From the NCBI GenBank assembly GCA_038087875.1, contig CM075989.1, positions 23,748,001 through 23,812,000 on the forward strand: DNA of 64,000 bases. Direction: 5' to 3'. The stretch's first letter is position 1. Each line of letters begins with the position of its first letter. The notes beneath the pieces were generated by a model, which saw only the letters and a program-made list of their open reading frames with translations, made no database searches and was not told where the DNA came from. Made by a program: the position numbers and the translations under genes. Of this stretch, positions 12,825-25,232 are shown piece after piece. Origin of the DNA: Malacoraja senta. Its lineage: Eukaryota.

Positions 12825-13202
12825 TATTTTGATTTTCTCTAACTTCAAGTCACCCTTGCATTCCCTCCCTCTCCATCCCTCCCCCACCCAAGTTGTACTA
12901 TTTTCAAAGTCATCTTGTTGAGTCTCAATGTACTCGTTTTCACCTAGCCCACAGCTAACAATGGCCTGTTTCCTTTATCAACCTCACTTTTTGCATATCA
13001 TTCATTCATTTGTTCCATATCTCTCTGCATCACTCTCTATATCTCTTGTTTCCCTTTCCCCTGACTCTCCGTCTGAAGAAGGGTCTCGACCCGAAACGTC
13101 ACCTATTCCTTTTTCTCCAGAGATGCTGCTGTCCTGCTGAGTTACTCCAGCTTTTTGTGCCTATCTTTGGTTTAAACCAGCATTTGCAGTTCCTTCCTAC
13201 AC
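12825..13202 (+). mobile_element. Penelope-like element 3' end
   Basis: Reverse-complement match to the 4095-4640 region; contains the hammerhead core at 13073. Confidence 0.8.
13073..13100 (+). ncRNA. Minimal type I hammerhead ribozyme core
   Basis: CTGAAGAAGGGTCTCGACCCGAAACGTC, intact. Confidence 0.7.
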
Positions 13203-14136
13203 AATGGCTTATCTGACCTGGTTGAGAATGTCAGGGAAAGAAATCTGGCAGCACTCTGCAAATACTTTTCTGTTCAGACTACTGTATCAAATGGCAGTGA
13301 TCACTTACTGTTGGCAGATCCATGCTTTGTGGAAGTGGTGTAAAGAGAGCATGCATAAAGCCGGAGGTGATCACAGATGCTTTGTTGGCAAGGCCATAAC
13401 CATTTGTAAATCTAATCACCTGGTCAGCTGAAATGTCAAATGGAAAATAAACAGTATTTATTCACTGTGGAGGAAGGAACTGCAGGTGCTGTTTACACCG
13501 AACATAGACACAAAGTGCTGGAGTAACTCAGCGGGTCATGAAGGGTCTCAACCCTTCATGGGGAGAAGGCAGGAGAATGGGGTTAGGAGGGAGAGATAGA
13601 TCAGCCATGATTGAATGGCGGAGTAGACTTGATGGGCCGAATGGCCTAATTCTGCTCCTATCACAAGATCTTATGAACCTGAAACGTCACCTATTCCTTT
13701 CCTCCAGAGGTGCTGCCTGACCCGCTGAGTTACTCCAGCACTTTGTGTCTATCTTCGGTTTAAACCAGCATCTGCAGTTCCCTACACATTTTGTCCGCTC
13801 CACTGTGAAATCTTCTCAAGTTACGCCTACTTCTTCAGAACTCTCCATGGCATTCTGAAGAAGAGTCTCGACTCAAAACGTCACCAATCCTTGTTCCTCA
13901 GAGATGCTGCCTGACCCACTGCTGAGTTACTCCAGCACTTTGTGTGTTGTTGAAATCAACGTCAGCAGTTCCTTATGTCTCGGTCAGCATTTTCCTATTG
14001 TCTTTTAGTTAATGGTCCACATTTAAGGGCAGTCGACATACTAGCAGATGGAACACTGGCTGTGTAGGTCAGCACCTTCACTCAAAACTCCCCGAATCAG
14101 CCAGATCACCAAGAAAAGAAAAGGAAAAGGAAAAGT

Positions 14137-14286
14137 GAAATCAGCAGCACTATTATCAATGGGATGGGAATCTACAGAACCACAGACTGACATACCACAT
14201 GGTATCTGGGACGGGCGGAATACCTTGGCCTCTGCAGGTCACTCTATCCAGGTTACGGGCTTCATTGACAATTGTTTTGTCTTCAT
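14137..14286 (-). ncRNA. Candidate structured RNA, copy 1 (box C-like AUGAAGA ... long hairpin ... CUGA)
   Basis: 150-nt indel-free paralogue of 17207-17356; nested stems with G-U pairs on the minus strand. Confidence 0.35.
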
Positions 14287-14782
14287 CTCTTTAAAAAAAG
14301 GAAAGACACGAGACCCGTTAACAACCTCTGAAAAATCTCAAGACATTGCAATGTAAAGGACCCTGGTGAGACCACACCTGGAATATTAGTCTGCGGGAGA
14401 AGTCTCCTTACCAAAGGTAGGATAGATACATGGAGTAACACCCAAAGTGCGGGACTGATTGACTACTTAGTGTTTAACTCAGGGTTCCAACATCTCCAGA
14501 CCCCTGTGAATTGACATGTTGAGGGATTAGAGGCAAGTTTCACCATAATGGTTCCTGAGGTGTCTGAAGAAGGGTCTCAACCTGAAACGTCACCTATTCC
14601 TTCGCTCCATAGATGCTGCCTCACCCGCTGAGTTTCTCCAGCAATTTTGTCTACCTGAGGTGGCAGGTTTGTCATCTGAGGGGAGGTTGAGCAGACTGGA
14701 CCTGTAAACTCAGCATGGAGTTGGTTGGTCGAAGGGCCTGTTTCCATGCTGTACCTTTAAATTTAAACTCTCTAAAATAACG

Positions 14783-15365
14783 TTATAGAATCATACAGAG
14801 TGGAAGCAGGCCCTTCGACCCAACTTGCCCACACCGACCAACATGATCCAGCTACACTAGTCTCACCTGCCTACGTTTGGCCCATATCCCTCTAAACCTG
14901 TCCTATCCATGTACCTGTCTAAATGTTTCTTAAACGTTGCAATAATACCTGCCTCAACTACCTCTTCTGGCAGCTCGTTCCATACACCTCCCATCCTTTG
15001 CATGAAAAATACCCCTTAGATTCCTATTAAATCTCCCCCCCTTCACTTTAAACCCATGTCCTCTGGTTCTTGATTCCCCTACTCATGAGACTCTGTGCGT
15101 CTACCCGATCTATTCCTCTCATGATTTTGTACACCTCTATAAGATCACCACACATCCTCCTGCACTCCAAGGAATGGAGATCCAGCCTACTCAACCTCTC
15201 CCTATAGCTCAGGCCCTCGAATCCTCTTAAATCTCCTCTGTACCCTTTCCAGCTTGACAACATCTTTCCTATAACATGGTGCCCAAAACTGAACGCAATA
15301 CTCTAAATGTGGGCTCACCAATGTCTTATGCAACTGTAACGTGACCTCCCAACTCCTACACTCAA
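14783..15365 (-). mobile_element. CR1 LINE 3' fragment (second subfamily), frameshifted
   Basis: ORFs PHLEYCVQFWAPCYRKDVVKLERVQRRF and DLIEVYKIMRGIDRVD. Confidence 0.9.
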
Positions 15366-15934
15366 TCCTGTAAGATGAACTTGTGCCAAACAAGGGCAGA
15401 ATGAGACTGGGGTGTAACGCCCCCTCATTCAGGAGATAAATGGTTGCACCTTTATGGTTCAAGCGGCAACTCTATGCATTACCTAGTTGGCTGCGACCTT
15501 AACCACTGGGCCAGGAGCTCGTAGTAGAAGCTAGTTTGTGGCCAACCAGAGTGTCTGGTCCAGGTGACTGGCCAATACTCAAACTCAAGTTGGTGGCTGA
15601 GGGCTAAATACATCCTAACATTGTGCATTTATTAAAAAAATACATTCTTTATGTGAAATCCTTAGATCTGCCAAGTTTCGTTTCAATGCATGAAGACCAT
15701 AGACAAGCTACTGCTAACATCTTGGCTAATTTACAGGAACGAGAGCACCCAGTTCCCAGTTGACACAAAAGTCACCCAGATTAACATCAAGGTAAGACCT
15801 GTTATTACAGAACTCTACTGAAATTACGTGTCCATTGTAAACATATTTATTCCTTTAGTCATAGCATGAAGGAGAATACGCTTCTGTCGATTGTACTCCA
15901 TATATACTCCATGCTTGTCACTCCATACTCCAGC

Positions 15935-16230
15935 AGGAGCTGCTGCCTCAGCGCCACAGACCAGGTTCAATCCTGGCCTCGGGTGCTGTCTGTGTGAAGT
16001 TTCCACATTTTCCCTAAAAACCATGTGGCTTTCTTCCGGATGCTCCTGTTTTACACCCACGTCCCAAAGTCGAGCAGGTTTGTAGATTAATTGGCCTCTT
16101 TAAATTGCCCCTAGTGTGCAGGGAGTGGATGAGAAAGTGGGATGACATAGAACTAGTGTGATCGATGGTCGGCATGGACTTGGTGGGCCGAAGGGCCTGG
16201 TTCCACGCTGTATCTCTATACTAAACTAAA
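15935..16230 (+). mobile_element. HE1-type SINE, diverged
   Basis: B-box-like GGTTCAATCC, V-SINE body and (TAAAC) tail. Confidence 0.8.
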
Positions 16231-17206
16231 GAAAGACTGAACTAAATGAAACCAAGGAATAAAGCCATCTATATTCACTCCTCTTCTTGCCTCCAGTTCC
16301 CTCCCCTCTACTTTCAGTCTGAAGAAGGGTCCCAACCTGAAACGTTACCCATTCTTTTTCTTCTGAGATGCTGCTTGACCCGCTGAGTTACTCCAGCACT
16401 TTGTGCCTACCTTTGGTATAAACTAGCATCTGCAGTTCCTTTCTACACGAATAAAAACTAAAGCCATTCACATGTGGTTTGGTTGATGGGCCGAAGGGCC
16501 TGTTTCCATGTTGTGTCTTTAAACTAAATATATATTTTAAATTTACTTTAAATTCAACTTACATTTTGTACTCAAGTCATTTCTAAGTACGTCACCCATT
16601 CCTTCTCTCCAGAGATGCTGCCTGTCCCGCTGAGACTCCAGCATTTTAAGGTCATAAGGAAATAAGGAATAGTAGCATTAGGCCATTTGGCCCATCAGGT
16701 CTACTCTGTCATTCAATCATGGCTCATCTATCTCTCCCTCCTAACCCCATTCTCCTGCCTTCTCCCCTTAACCTCTGACACCTGTAATAATCAATAATTT
16801 ATCTATCTCTGCCTTAAATATATCCACTGACTTGGCCTCCACAGCTGTCTGTGCCAAAGAATTCCACAGATTCACCACCCTCTGACTAAAGACATTTCTC
16901 CTCATCTCCTATCCGAAAAGAACGTCCTTTAATTCTGAGGCTGTGACCTCCCGTTCTAGACTCTCACTTTGTGTCTATCTTCTAAATAAGGAGCACAGTT
17001 CACAAAATTGTACTGCGCTTGTTTTTTTTAATCTACTCCTGTCTATTAGCAAGAGAGTTAAAATGCGGCAGGCTTCAGCTGCATGCCTTTCCACATTACA
17101 CCTACAGGCTCAAGGAAAACCCAGCTGTGATAAAGTCAATATAATTAACTGCATGCCAAGCAGCAGATCAATTTCTAGTTGCGCCAATGGATAGCAACAG
17201 GAGGAA

Positions 17207-17356
17207 GAAATCAGCAGCACTATTATCAATGGGATGGGAATCTGCAGAGACACAGACTGAGATACCACATGGCATCTGGAACGGGTGGAATATCTTGGGT
17301 TCTGCAGGTCACTCTATCCAGGTCACGGGCTGCATTGACAATTGTTTTGTCTTCAT
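17207..17356 (-). ncRNA. Candidate structured RNA, copy 2
   Basis: See copy 1; 12 substitutions in 150 nt by my count, none in the outer stem or terminal boxes. Confidence 0.35.
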
Positions 17357-18551
17357 TTTTATAAAAGGATAGATACAAGACACGAGCTAAACATGTGGAT
17401 TCAAAGTGGCTGAGAGACAGCAGCTTGTTCTTGTTCATATGGTCACAAAGTTGTCTGCATACACACACACACACACACAAAAATCAATGCCTTTCATTTT
17501 GAGAGCATCTCAAGGGGCAACTTGTACAGTCAAGGGGAATCAGTCTAAGCCCTTAAATAAAAAAAACAAAAATCAGCACTGTGCTTCATTTACTCATTCT
17601 GACCATGTTCTGTTTCTGCCCCACAAGATTCTGGGGGAATTTTCAATTCTCGAGGTGTAACATTGATCTGCAACATGACAATAAATTCACCTGATGCAAA
17701 ATATTTTGTAGGAAATCATAAAGTCCGCTCCAATAATAAACTGTTCTGTATTAACCTCCGTAAACAAAATAAAAAAGACGTGACTGCAGCTAACACGATG
17801 GAACGGAGGGAAGAAAAAAACATTTGATTCACAAAGCTGGTGCAGTGTTTGTTATTTCTTGTAAAAAATGTCAGAATTCCTGGGGCGAACCTCCTCTCAG
17901 ATGCAAAGTTCATGTTTGCCTTCTGTGTAAATACAAAAAGGGGTCCACTTTCACAAAGGGGGTCGGAATCAAACGGAGGGACTGGGAAGGGAAGGAAGCA
18001 GATGAAATTGTTTAGCCCTTGAAAGCATGGGTCCAAATCTGTCACCTCTCCCTGCTGACAAGGAACAGAACACGTTCCTCTCTTGTTGCCAACTGGAAGG
18101 CAAGCCCACGAGCCTGGAGTTTAATGAGTGTTGGCATGGATGTCGCTTCCTACCTTGTTCCCAACGCGGTTTCTCATTTCTGCATACGCACAGAAAACGA
18201 GGCAAAATTGGAGGCCTGGTTACTGGGTTCTGTGCATTCCCCAGTCAATCCTCTGACCACCGAAAACAGAACATGGAACAACACAGCCCCAGGCCCTTCA
18301 GCCCACTAGGTCCTTGCTGGAACATCGGAACAGCTAGACACAATGGTGCACCATTGTTGTGCAGAAAGAGGTGTGTACAGGTATGTGTGTATATATGTGT
18401 GCGTGTTTGTCGAAGTGTGTAGCTATAGATACTTTGTAACTCTGGCAGCGTGCTTTATGTGGCGACTCTTTGCATACCTTGGTTATGGGAAACAAAGAAT
18501 TTCACTGACTTGTTACATGTGACATTAAAGTATTCATTCATTCAGGTGCTT

Positions 18552-19397
18552 AGTGTGTATAGGTATGTGTGTGTATAGGTATGTGTGTATATAGGTATGT
18601 GTGTGTATAGGTGTGTGCACGTGTGTTGGTATAGGTGTATGTGCATAGGTGTGTGCATGCATAGGAGTGTGCATATAGAGGTGTGTGCATGTACATAGGT
18701 GTATGAGTGTATATGTGTGTGTAGGAGTGTGTGTATAAGTGTGTGTGTGTAGGAGTGTGTGTATAGGAGTGTGTGTAGGAGTTTGTATACAGGTGTGTGT
18801 GTGTGTAGGAGTGTGTGTATATAGGTGTTTGTGTAGGAGTGTGTGTATAGGTGTGTGTGTAGGAGTGTGTGTATAGGTGTGTGTGTGTGTGTGTGTAGGA
18901 GTGTGTGTATAGGTGTGTGTGTGTAGGAGTGTGTGTATAGGCATGTGTGTGTGTGTGTTGGTGTGTGTGTGTGTGTGTGTACAGGTGTGTGTGTGTGTAG
19001 GAGTGTGTGTACAGGTGTGTGTGTGTGTACAGGTGTGTGTGTGTGGCTGTGTGTATAGGTGTGTGTGTGTGTGTGTGTAGGAGTGTGTGTATAGGCGTGT
19101 GTGTGTAGGAGTGTGTGTACAGGTGAGTGTGTGTGTGTGGCTGTGTGTATAGGTGTGTGTGTGTGTAGGAGTGTGTGTATTTGTGTGTGTGTGTAGGAGT
19201 GTGTGTACAGGTGTGTGTGTGTACAGGTGCGTGTGTGTGTGGCTGTGTGTATAGGTGTGTGTGTGTGTAGGAGTGTGTGTATAGGTGTGTGTGTGCAGGA
19301 GTGTGTGTACAGGTGTGTGTGTGTGGCTGTGTGTATAGGTGTGTGTGTGTGTATAGGTGTGTGTGTGTGGCTGTGTGTATAGGTGTGTGTGTGTGTA

Positions 19398-19434
<37 letters not shown>

Positions 19435-19802
19435 GTGTGTGTGTGTGTGGCTGTGTGTATAGGTGTGTGTGTGTGTGTGTGTGTAGGTGTGTGTGTCTGT
19501 ATGTGTAGGAGTGTGTGTACAGGTGTGTGTGTGTGTGTAGGAGTGTGTGTGTGTGTGTACAGGTGTGTGTGTGTGTATAGGTGTGTGTGTGTGTGTACAG
19601 GTGTGTGTAGGTGTGTGTGTGGCTGTGTGTATAGGTGTGTGTGTGTGTGTGAAGGTGTGTGTGTGGCTGTGTGTACAGGTGTATGTGTGTGTGTACAGGT
19701 GTGTGTGTGTACAGGTGTGTGTGTGTACAGGTGTATGTGTGTGTGTACAGGTGTGTGTGTGTACAGGTGTGTGTGTGTACAGGTGTGCATGCGTGCGCGT
19801 GT
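18552..19802. repeat. 1.25-kb GT-rich minisatellite (GTGTGTATAG/GTGTAGGA/GTGTACAG variants)
   Basis: Direct inspection; explains the 418/427-aa HT-repeat ORFs. Confidence 0.97.
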
Positions 19803-20067
19803 TTCTTATAAATACTTAATTTCACTAGATCTGTATTAATCTGTATTTTATAAAACTGCTGGCAGTGGGAATGTTGATTTTATTTCTGCGGGGAAGAATG
19901 AAGAGAGAGTGTTGCCCGTGTTGGGCATTGTGGGGGTGATATGGTAACTGCTCTTGCAGATTCTCAGCTAGCATCTACGGGGGGAGTGGAGCTGAAACCA
20001 TGACATGCTTTAAACAGTTGTACATCGCTCTCCTTCTAACAGCAGTATCAGTTCTGGGGAAGGGAAT

Positions 20068-20360
20068 GACGGCGCAGCGGTAGAGTTGCTGCCTCACAGC
20101 GCCAGAGGCCCGGGTTCGATCCTGACTACGGGTGCTGTCTGTACGGAGTTTGTACGTTCTCCCCGTGACCTGCGTGGGTTTTCTCCGGGTGCTCCTGTTG
20201 CCGCCCACACTCCAAAGACATACAGGTTTGTTGGTTAATTGGCTTGGTATAATTGTAAATTGTCTCTAGAGTGTGTAGGATAGTGATAGTGTGTTGGTCG
20301 GCGCGGACTCAGCGGGCCGAAGGGCCTGTTTTCATGCTGTATCTCTAAACTAAACTAAAC
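20068..20360 (+). mobile_element. HE1-type tRNA-derived SINE, near full length
   Basis: A-box-like GGCGCAGCGG, B box GGTTCGATCC, 3' tail GGGCCGAAGGGCCTG...(TAAAC)n shared with CR1 3' ends. Confidence 0.9.
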
Positions 20361-20691
20361 AAGAAAGTTAGCTTCAAGCACACATGGCAAAGGTAATTAA
20401 GAGGGGATGGGTTTATATAATAGTCATTTTAAATCAGTCACGGGCAACTATCAATGTACAGAACCTAACTTGTGAACTACGACTAATACACTGCAGTTGA
20501 TACCAATCCCAGGAAAACCCCATCTGGGAAAGCTCCGGTGGCATCTGCAACAGCTATAGGATTGCATGTTGCATGGAGTCATCCATTGTGCAGTGAATTC
20601 AAATACAGCAAGTGAGAAGAGTATTGTTCTTATAGTATCATTGTGCATTTGTGGACAAAGTAGCAGGAATAAGTATGGGTAAGTATGAAGT

Positions 20692-20862
20692 AGGGGTCAA
20701 GGAAAGAGTGTTCACGTCGCAGCCCTGTTTCCACCAATCTTTCCACCACCACGCACAAGAAGCACAAGAATCGCGAGAACGCCATTGTATGCAGATGCCG
20801 AGAAGTGTGTTCAGCTCTGGCGGAACAATTTCTAATCTTGAGATGTGGACTCGATAAGAAGT
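20692..20862. repeat. Unclassified ~175-bp interspersed repeat (second copy ~37716-37890)
   Basis: Shared core ATCTTTCCACCACCACGCACAAGAAGCACAAGAA ... TCTAATCTTGAG ... GTGGACTCGATAAGAAG. Confidence 0.8.
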
Positions 20863-20962
20863 ATGAAGTAAATAATCTAATTTACAGATAGATCAGCCAT
20901 GATTGGATGGTGGAGTAGACTTGATGGGCCGTATGGCCTAATTCTACTCCTATCACATGCTT

Positions 20963-21465
20963 ATAGATACATAGATACATAGAAAATAGGTGCAGGATTA
21001 GGCCATTCGGCCCTTCGAGCCTGCACCGCCATTCAATATGATCACGGCTGATCATCCAACTCAGTATCCCGTACCTGCCTTCTCTCCATACCCCCTGATT
21101 CCTTTAGCCACAAGGGCCACATCTAACTCCCTCTTAAATATAGCCAATGAACTGGCCTCAACTACCCTCTGTGGCAGAGAGTTCCAGAGATTCACCACTC
21201 TCTGTGTGAAAAAGTTTTTTCTCATCTCGGTCTTAAAGGATTTCCCCCTTATCCTTAAGCTGTGACCCCTTGTCCTGGACTTCCCCAACATCGGGAACAA
21301 TCTTCCTGCATCTAGCCTGTCCAACCCCATAAGAATTTTGTAAGTTTCTATAAGATCCCCTCTCAATCTCCTAAATTCTAGCGAGTATAAGCCGAGTCTA
21401 TCCAGTCTTTCTTCATATGAAAGTCCTGACATCCCAGGAATCAGTCTGGTGAACCTTCTCTGCAC
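20963..21465 (-). mobile_element. Young CR1 LINE 3' end, 5'-truncated
   Basis: Nearly identical to 23899-24401; 8-bp repeat tail. Confidence 0.95.
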
Positions 21466-22131
21466 TTTCGTCTTACCATTGATAGACACAGAAAGCTGGA
21501 GTAACTCAGCGGGACAGGCAGCATCTCTGGAGAGAAGGAATGGGTGAGGTTTCGGGTCGAGACCCTTCTTCAGGCATGCCACATTTCACTATACATCAGG
21601 AACACGTGACAATAAACTAAACTAAACAAAACATATCAAATTTATATCAAGATGTATCAAATGCTTCCAATTATTTTAAATTTGACCAAGTTGAAGTGAC
21701 TGTTCAGTGTAGTTTAATGTCACGTGTACCGAGGTACAGTGAAAAGCTTTTGTTGCGTGCTAACCAGTCAGCAGTAAGACAATACATGATTACAATCGAG
21801 CCGTTACAGCGTATAGATACGTGATAAGGGATAACGTTTCGAGCAAGGTAAGGCCAGCAAAGTCCGATACAAAGTAAAAGAGAGATACAAAAGCTACGGA
21901 TATAATGATGTAAGAAATGGTTAAAGGTTTGTGAGGAAACATGTGAGATCCATCGGAATTTAAAGTTTTAGAAAATCAATGTCAGGATATTGAATGATGA
22001 GCTACTTCATGCACTACTGTGGTCACAAGCAAGATCTGTCAGTCTGGAGGAAGGGAAGGACGATAAAGAGACTAAGGAGGATATTGAATGTCCTTCCAAT
22101 CACACAATAATAAAGGTACCAAAAAAGACCG

Positions 22132-22604
22132 CAGAGTGCTGGAGTAACTCAGCGGGTCAGGCAGCATCTGTGGAGAACATGGATAGGTGACGTTTCACAG
22201 AGTGCTGGAGTAACTCAGCGGGTCAGGCAGCATCTCTGGAGAACATGGATAGGTGACGTTTCACAGAGTGCTGGAGTAACTCAGCGGGTCAGGCAGCATC
22301 TGTGGAGCGAAGGAAATGGGCAACCTTTCGGGCCGAAACCCTGAAGGAAATAGGCAACCTTTCGGGCCGAAACCCGGAAGGGTTTCGGGCCGAAACGTTG
22401 CCTATTTCCTTCGCTCCATAGATGCTGCCGGAACATGGATAGGTGACGTTTTACAGAGTGCTGGAGTAACTCAGTGGGTCAGGCAGCATCTGTGGAGAAC
22501 ATGGATAGGTGACGTTTCACAGAGCGCTGGAGTAACTCAGCGGGTCAGGCAGCATCTGTGGAGAACATGGATAGGTGACGTTTCGGGTCGCGATCCTTCT
22601 TCAG
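22132..22604 (-). repeat. 66-bp tandem array derived from the Penelope 3' repeat, ending in a hammerhead core (22577-22604)
   Basis: Units start at 22132, 22198, 22264; interrupted by a related subfamily piece at ~22305-22430. Confidence 0.9.
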
Positions 22605-22760
22605 TCTGAGGTCAGGAGGCCAAGTCGTTGGGGATTTTTAAAGCGGAGATTGATAGGTTCTTGATTAGTAAGGTCGGCAAAGGTTATGGGGAGCAGGAGA
22701 ATGGAGTCGAGAGGGAAAGATAGATCAGCCATGATCAAATGGCAGAGCTGACTCGATGGG

Positions 22761-23603
22761 AGTGGTGGCGCTGCCTCGGCAGCTGCGGCTCGCCTGCAGT
22801 CTGTCTGTTTCTTTCTTTTTGTTGTTGTTTTCTTGTCCTGTTTTAGCTAGTTAATTTGAGTTATTACGTTGTGTATGTGTGTGGGGGGTGGGAGCAATGC
22901 GTTTTAGTCTCTTCCTTCGGGGAATGCGACTTTTCTTGTCGTATCCCCCGTCTCCTTCTCCGTCTGCGCTGTGGCCCTAATGGCGGAGCTGGCAGCCTCC
23001 AACTGGGACCGACCTCGAGGCTCCGGAGGCAGAGTCAGCCAGGATTTACAAGCGCGAGGCTGGCCGACTTCGGGGCTGTGGCGGGTTCTGGCGTTCCGGC
23101 AGCGGCGACCCGACTCGGGGCTGCGGTGGTGTTCCGGCAGCGGCGACCCGACTTCAGAGGTTCGGCCGCGGGCCCACTGGATGACATCGTCGGGTGCTCG
23201 CAGGTCACAGGTTGGTGACCTGTTTTTCCAGAGCTCCCGCGGCAACAGCTTCGTCCACTGGACTGGAGGGCGGAAGCTTCGACTACCTCGGGCCGCGGAG
23301 ATTGAACCGGCCCGTTTGCTGAGCACGGTTGGGCCGCGGGACTTACTTACCATCACCCGGTGGGGGTCACAATATCGGAGGCCTTCGCGCAGAGGGAGAA
23401 CAAGGAGGGACGAGACAAAGACTTTAAGATTTTTGCCTTCCATCACAGTGAGGAGGTGTCTGGTGAACTCACTGTGGTGGATGTTAAATTTGTGTTTATT
23501 GTGTGTTTTGTTATTTTATTATATGTATGACTGCAGGCAACGACATTTTGTTCAGACCGAAAGGTCTGAATGACAAATAAAGTTTCCATGTTCCATGATC
23601 CAT
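22761..23603 (+). mobile_element. GC-rich non-autonomous retroposon with LINE-type 3' stem-loop, inserted in a CR1 tail
   Basis: GATGGG duplicated at 22755-22760 and 23604-23609; hairpin TTCAGACC-GAAA-GGTCTGAA 23551-23570, AATAAA and (TTCCATG)-like tail. Confidence 0.75.
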
Positions 23604-23898
23604 GATGGGCTGAAGTGAGTGACTAATTCTGCTCCTATGTCTTATGAATTCTGAACCTATAAAGAACAATTAATACTCATGCAACTACTAATTCTCAGCA
23701 CTTTAGTTTAGTTTTGTTTATTGTCACGTGAATCCGAGGTACAGTGAAAAGCTTTAGTTGCGTGCTAACCCGTCAGTGGAAAGACAATACATGATTACAA
23801 TCGAGCCATTTACAGTGTACAGATACAGGATATGGGAATAATGTTTAGTGCAAGATAAAGCCAGTAAAGTCCGATCAAAGACAGTCCGAGGGTCACAA

Positions 23899-25232
23899 AT
23901 AGAAACATAGAAACATAGAAATTAGGTGCAGGAGTAGGCCATTCAGCCCTTCGAGCCTGCACCGCCATTCAATATGATCATGGCTGATCATCCAACTCAG
24001 TATCCCGTACCTGCCTTCTCTCCATACCCTCTGATCCCTTTAGCCACAAGGGCCACATCTAACTCCCTCTTAAATATAGCCAATGAACTGGCCTCAACTA
24101 CCCTCTGTGGCAGAGAGTTCCAGAGATTCACCACTCTCTGTGTGAAAAAAGTTCTTCTCATCTCGGTTTTAAAGGATTTCCCCCTTATCCTTAAGCTGTG
24201 ACCCCTTGTCCTGGACTTCCCCAACATCGGGAGCAATCTTCCTGCATCTAGCCTGTCCAACCCCTTAAGAGTTTTGTAAGTTTCTATAAGATCCCCTCTC
24301 AATCTCCTAAATTCTAGAGAGTATAAACCAAGTCTATCCAGTCTTTCTTCATAAGACAGTCCTGACATCCCAGGAATCAGTCTGGTGAACCTTCTCTGCA
24401 CTCCCTCTATGGCAATAATGTCCTTCCTCAGATTTGGAGACCAAAACTGTACGCAATACTCCAGGTGTGGTGTCACCAAGACCCTGTACAACTGCAGTAG
24501 AACCTCCCTGCTCCTATACTCAAATCCTTTTGCTATGAAAGCTAACATACCATTCGCTTTCTTCACTGCCTGCTGCACCTGCATGCCTACTTTCAATGAC
24601 TGGTGTACCATGACACCCAGGTCTCGCTGCATCTCCCCTTTTCCTAGTCGGCCACCATTTAGATAATAGTCTGCTTTCCTGTTTTTGCCACCAAAATGGA
24701 TAACCTCACATTTATCCACATTATACTGCATCTGCCAAACATTTGCCCACTCACCCAGCCTATCCAAGTCACCTTGCAGTCTCCTAGCATCCTCCTCACA
24801 GCTAACACTGCCCCCCAGCTTAGTGTCATCCGCAAACTTGGAGATATTGCCTTCAATTCCCTCCTCCAGGTCATTAATATATATTGTAAATAGCTGGGGT
24901 CCCAGCACTGAGCCTTGCGGTACCCCACTAGTCACTGCCTGCCATTGTGAAAAGGACCCGTTTACTCCTACTCTTTGCTTCCTGTTTGCCAGCCAGTTCT
25001 CTATCCACATCAATACTGAACCCCCCATGCCATGTGCTTTAAGGTTGTATACTAATCTCTTATGTGGGACCTTGTCGAAAGCCTTCTGGAAGTCCAGATA
25101 CACCACATCCACTGGTTCTCCCCTATCCACGCTACTAGTTACATCCTCGAAAAATTCTATAAGATTCGTCAGACATGATTTACCTTTCGTAAATCCATGC
25201 TGACTTTGTCCAATGATTTCACCACTTTCCAA
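23899..25232 (-). mobile_element. CR1 LINE, 5'-truncated, open ORF2 segment (411 aa) with reverse transcriptase domain
   Basis: Motifs SQHGF, YLDFQKAFDKVPH, GVPQGSVLGP, FADD; (TTTCTATG)n tail; nested in a Rex1/Babar fragment (~23700-23900 plus ~25234-25530) with CAAAT at both junctions. Confidence 0.98.

Noticed and set aside
14141..14162. miR-15/16-like seed AGCAGCA
   Set aside because: No ~60-70-nt pre-miRNA hairpin around it and no match to a mature family member I know.
14048..14356. Duplicated block as a protein-coding exon pair (with 17179-17480)
   Set aside because: Differences between copies are mostly non-synonymous in the open frames, and splice sites are not kept in both copies.
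18534..19839. Long 418/427-aa His/Thr-rich ORFs (also at 6.2-6.6, 10.0-10.5, 31.2-31.6 and 33.6-33.9 kb)
   Set aside because: Translations of CA/GT microsatellites.
20068..20150. tRNA genes suggested by A/B boxes
   Set aside because: They are heads of tRNA-derived SINEs followed by SINE body and tail.
22132..22604. CRISPR-like appearance of regular repeats (also the 30-bp array at 32522)
   Set aside because: Head-to-tail units with no unique spacers, eukaryotic context, no cas genes.
22856..23573. Overlapping 120-200-aa ORFs on both strands
   Set aside because: GC-rich retroposon interior; stop-poor by composition, no domain.
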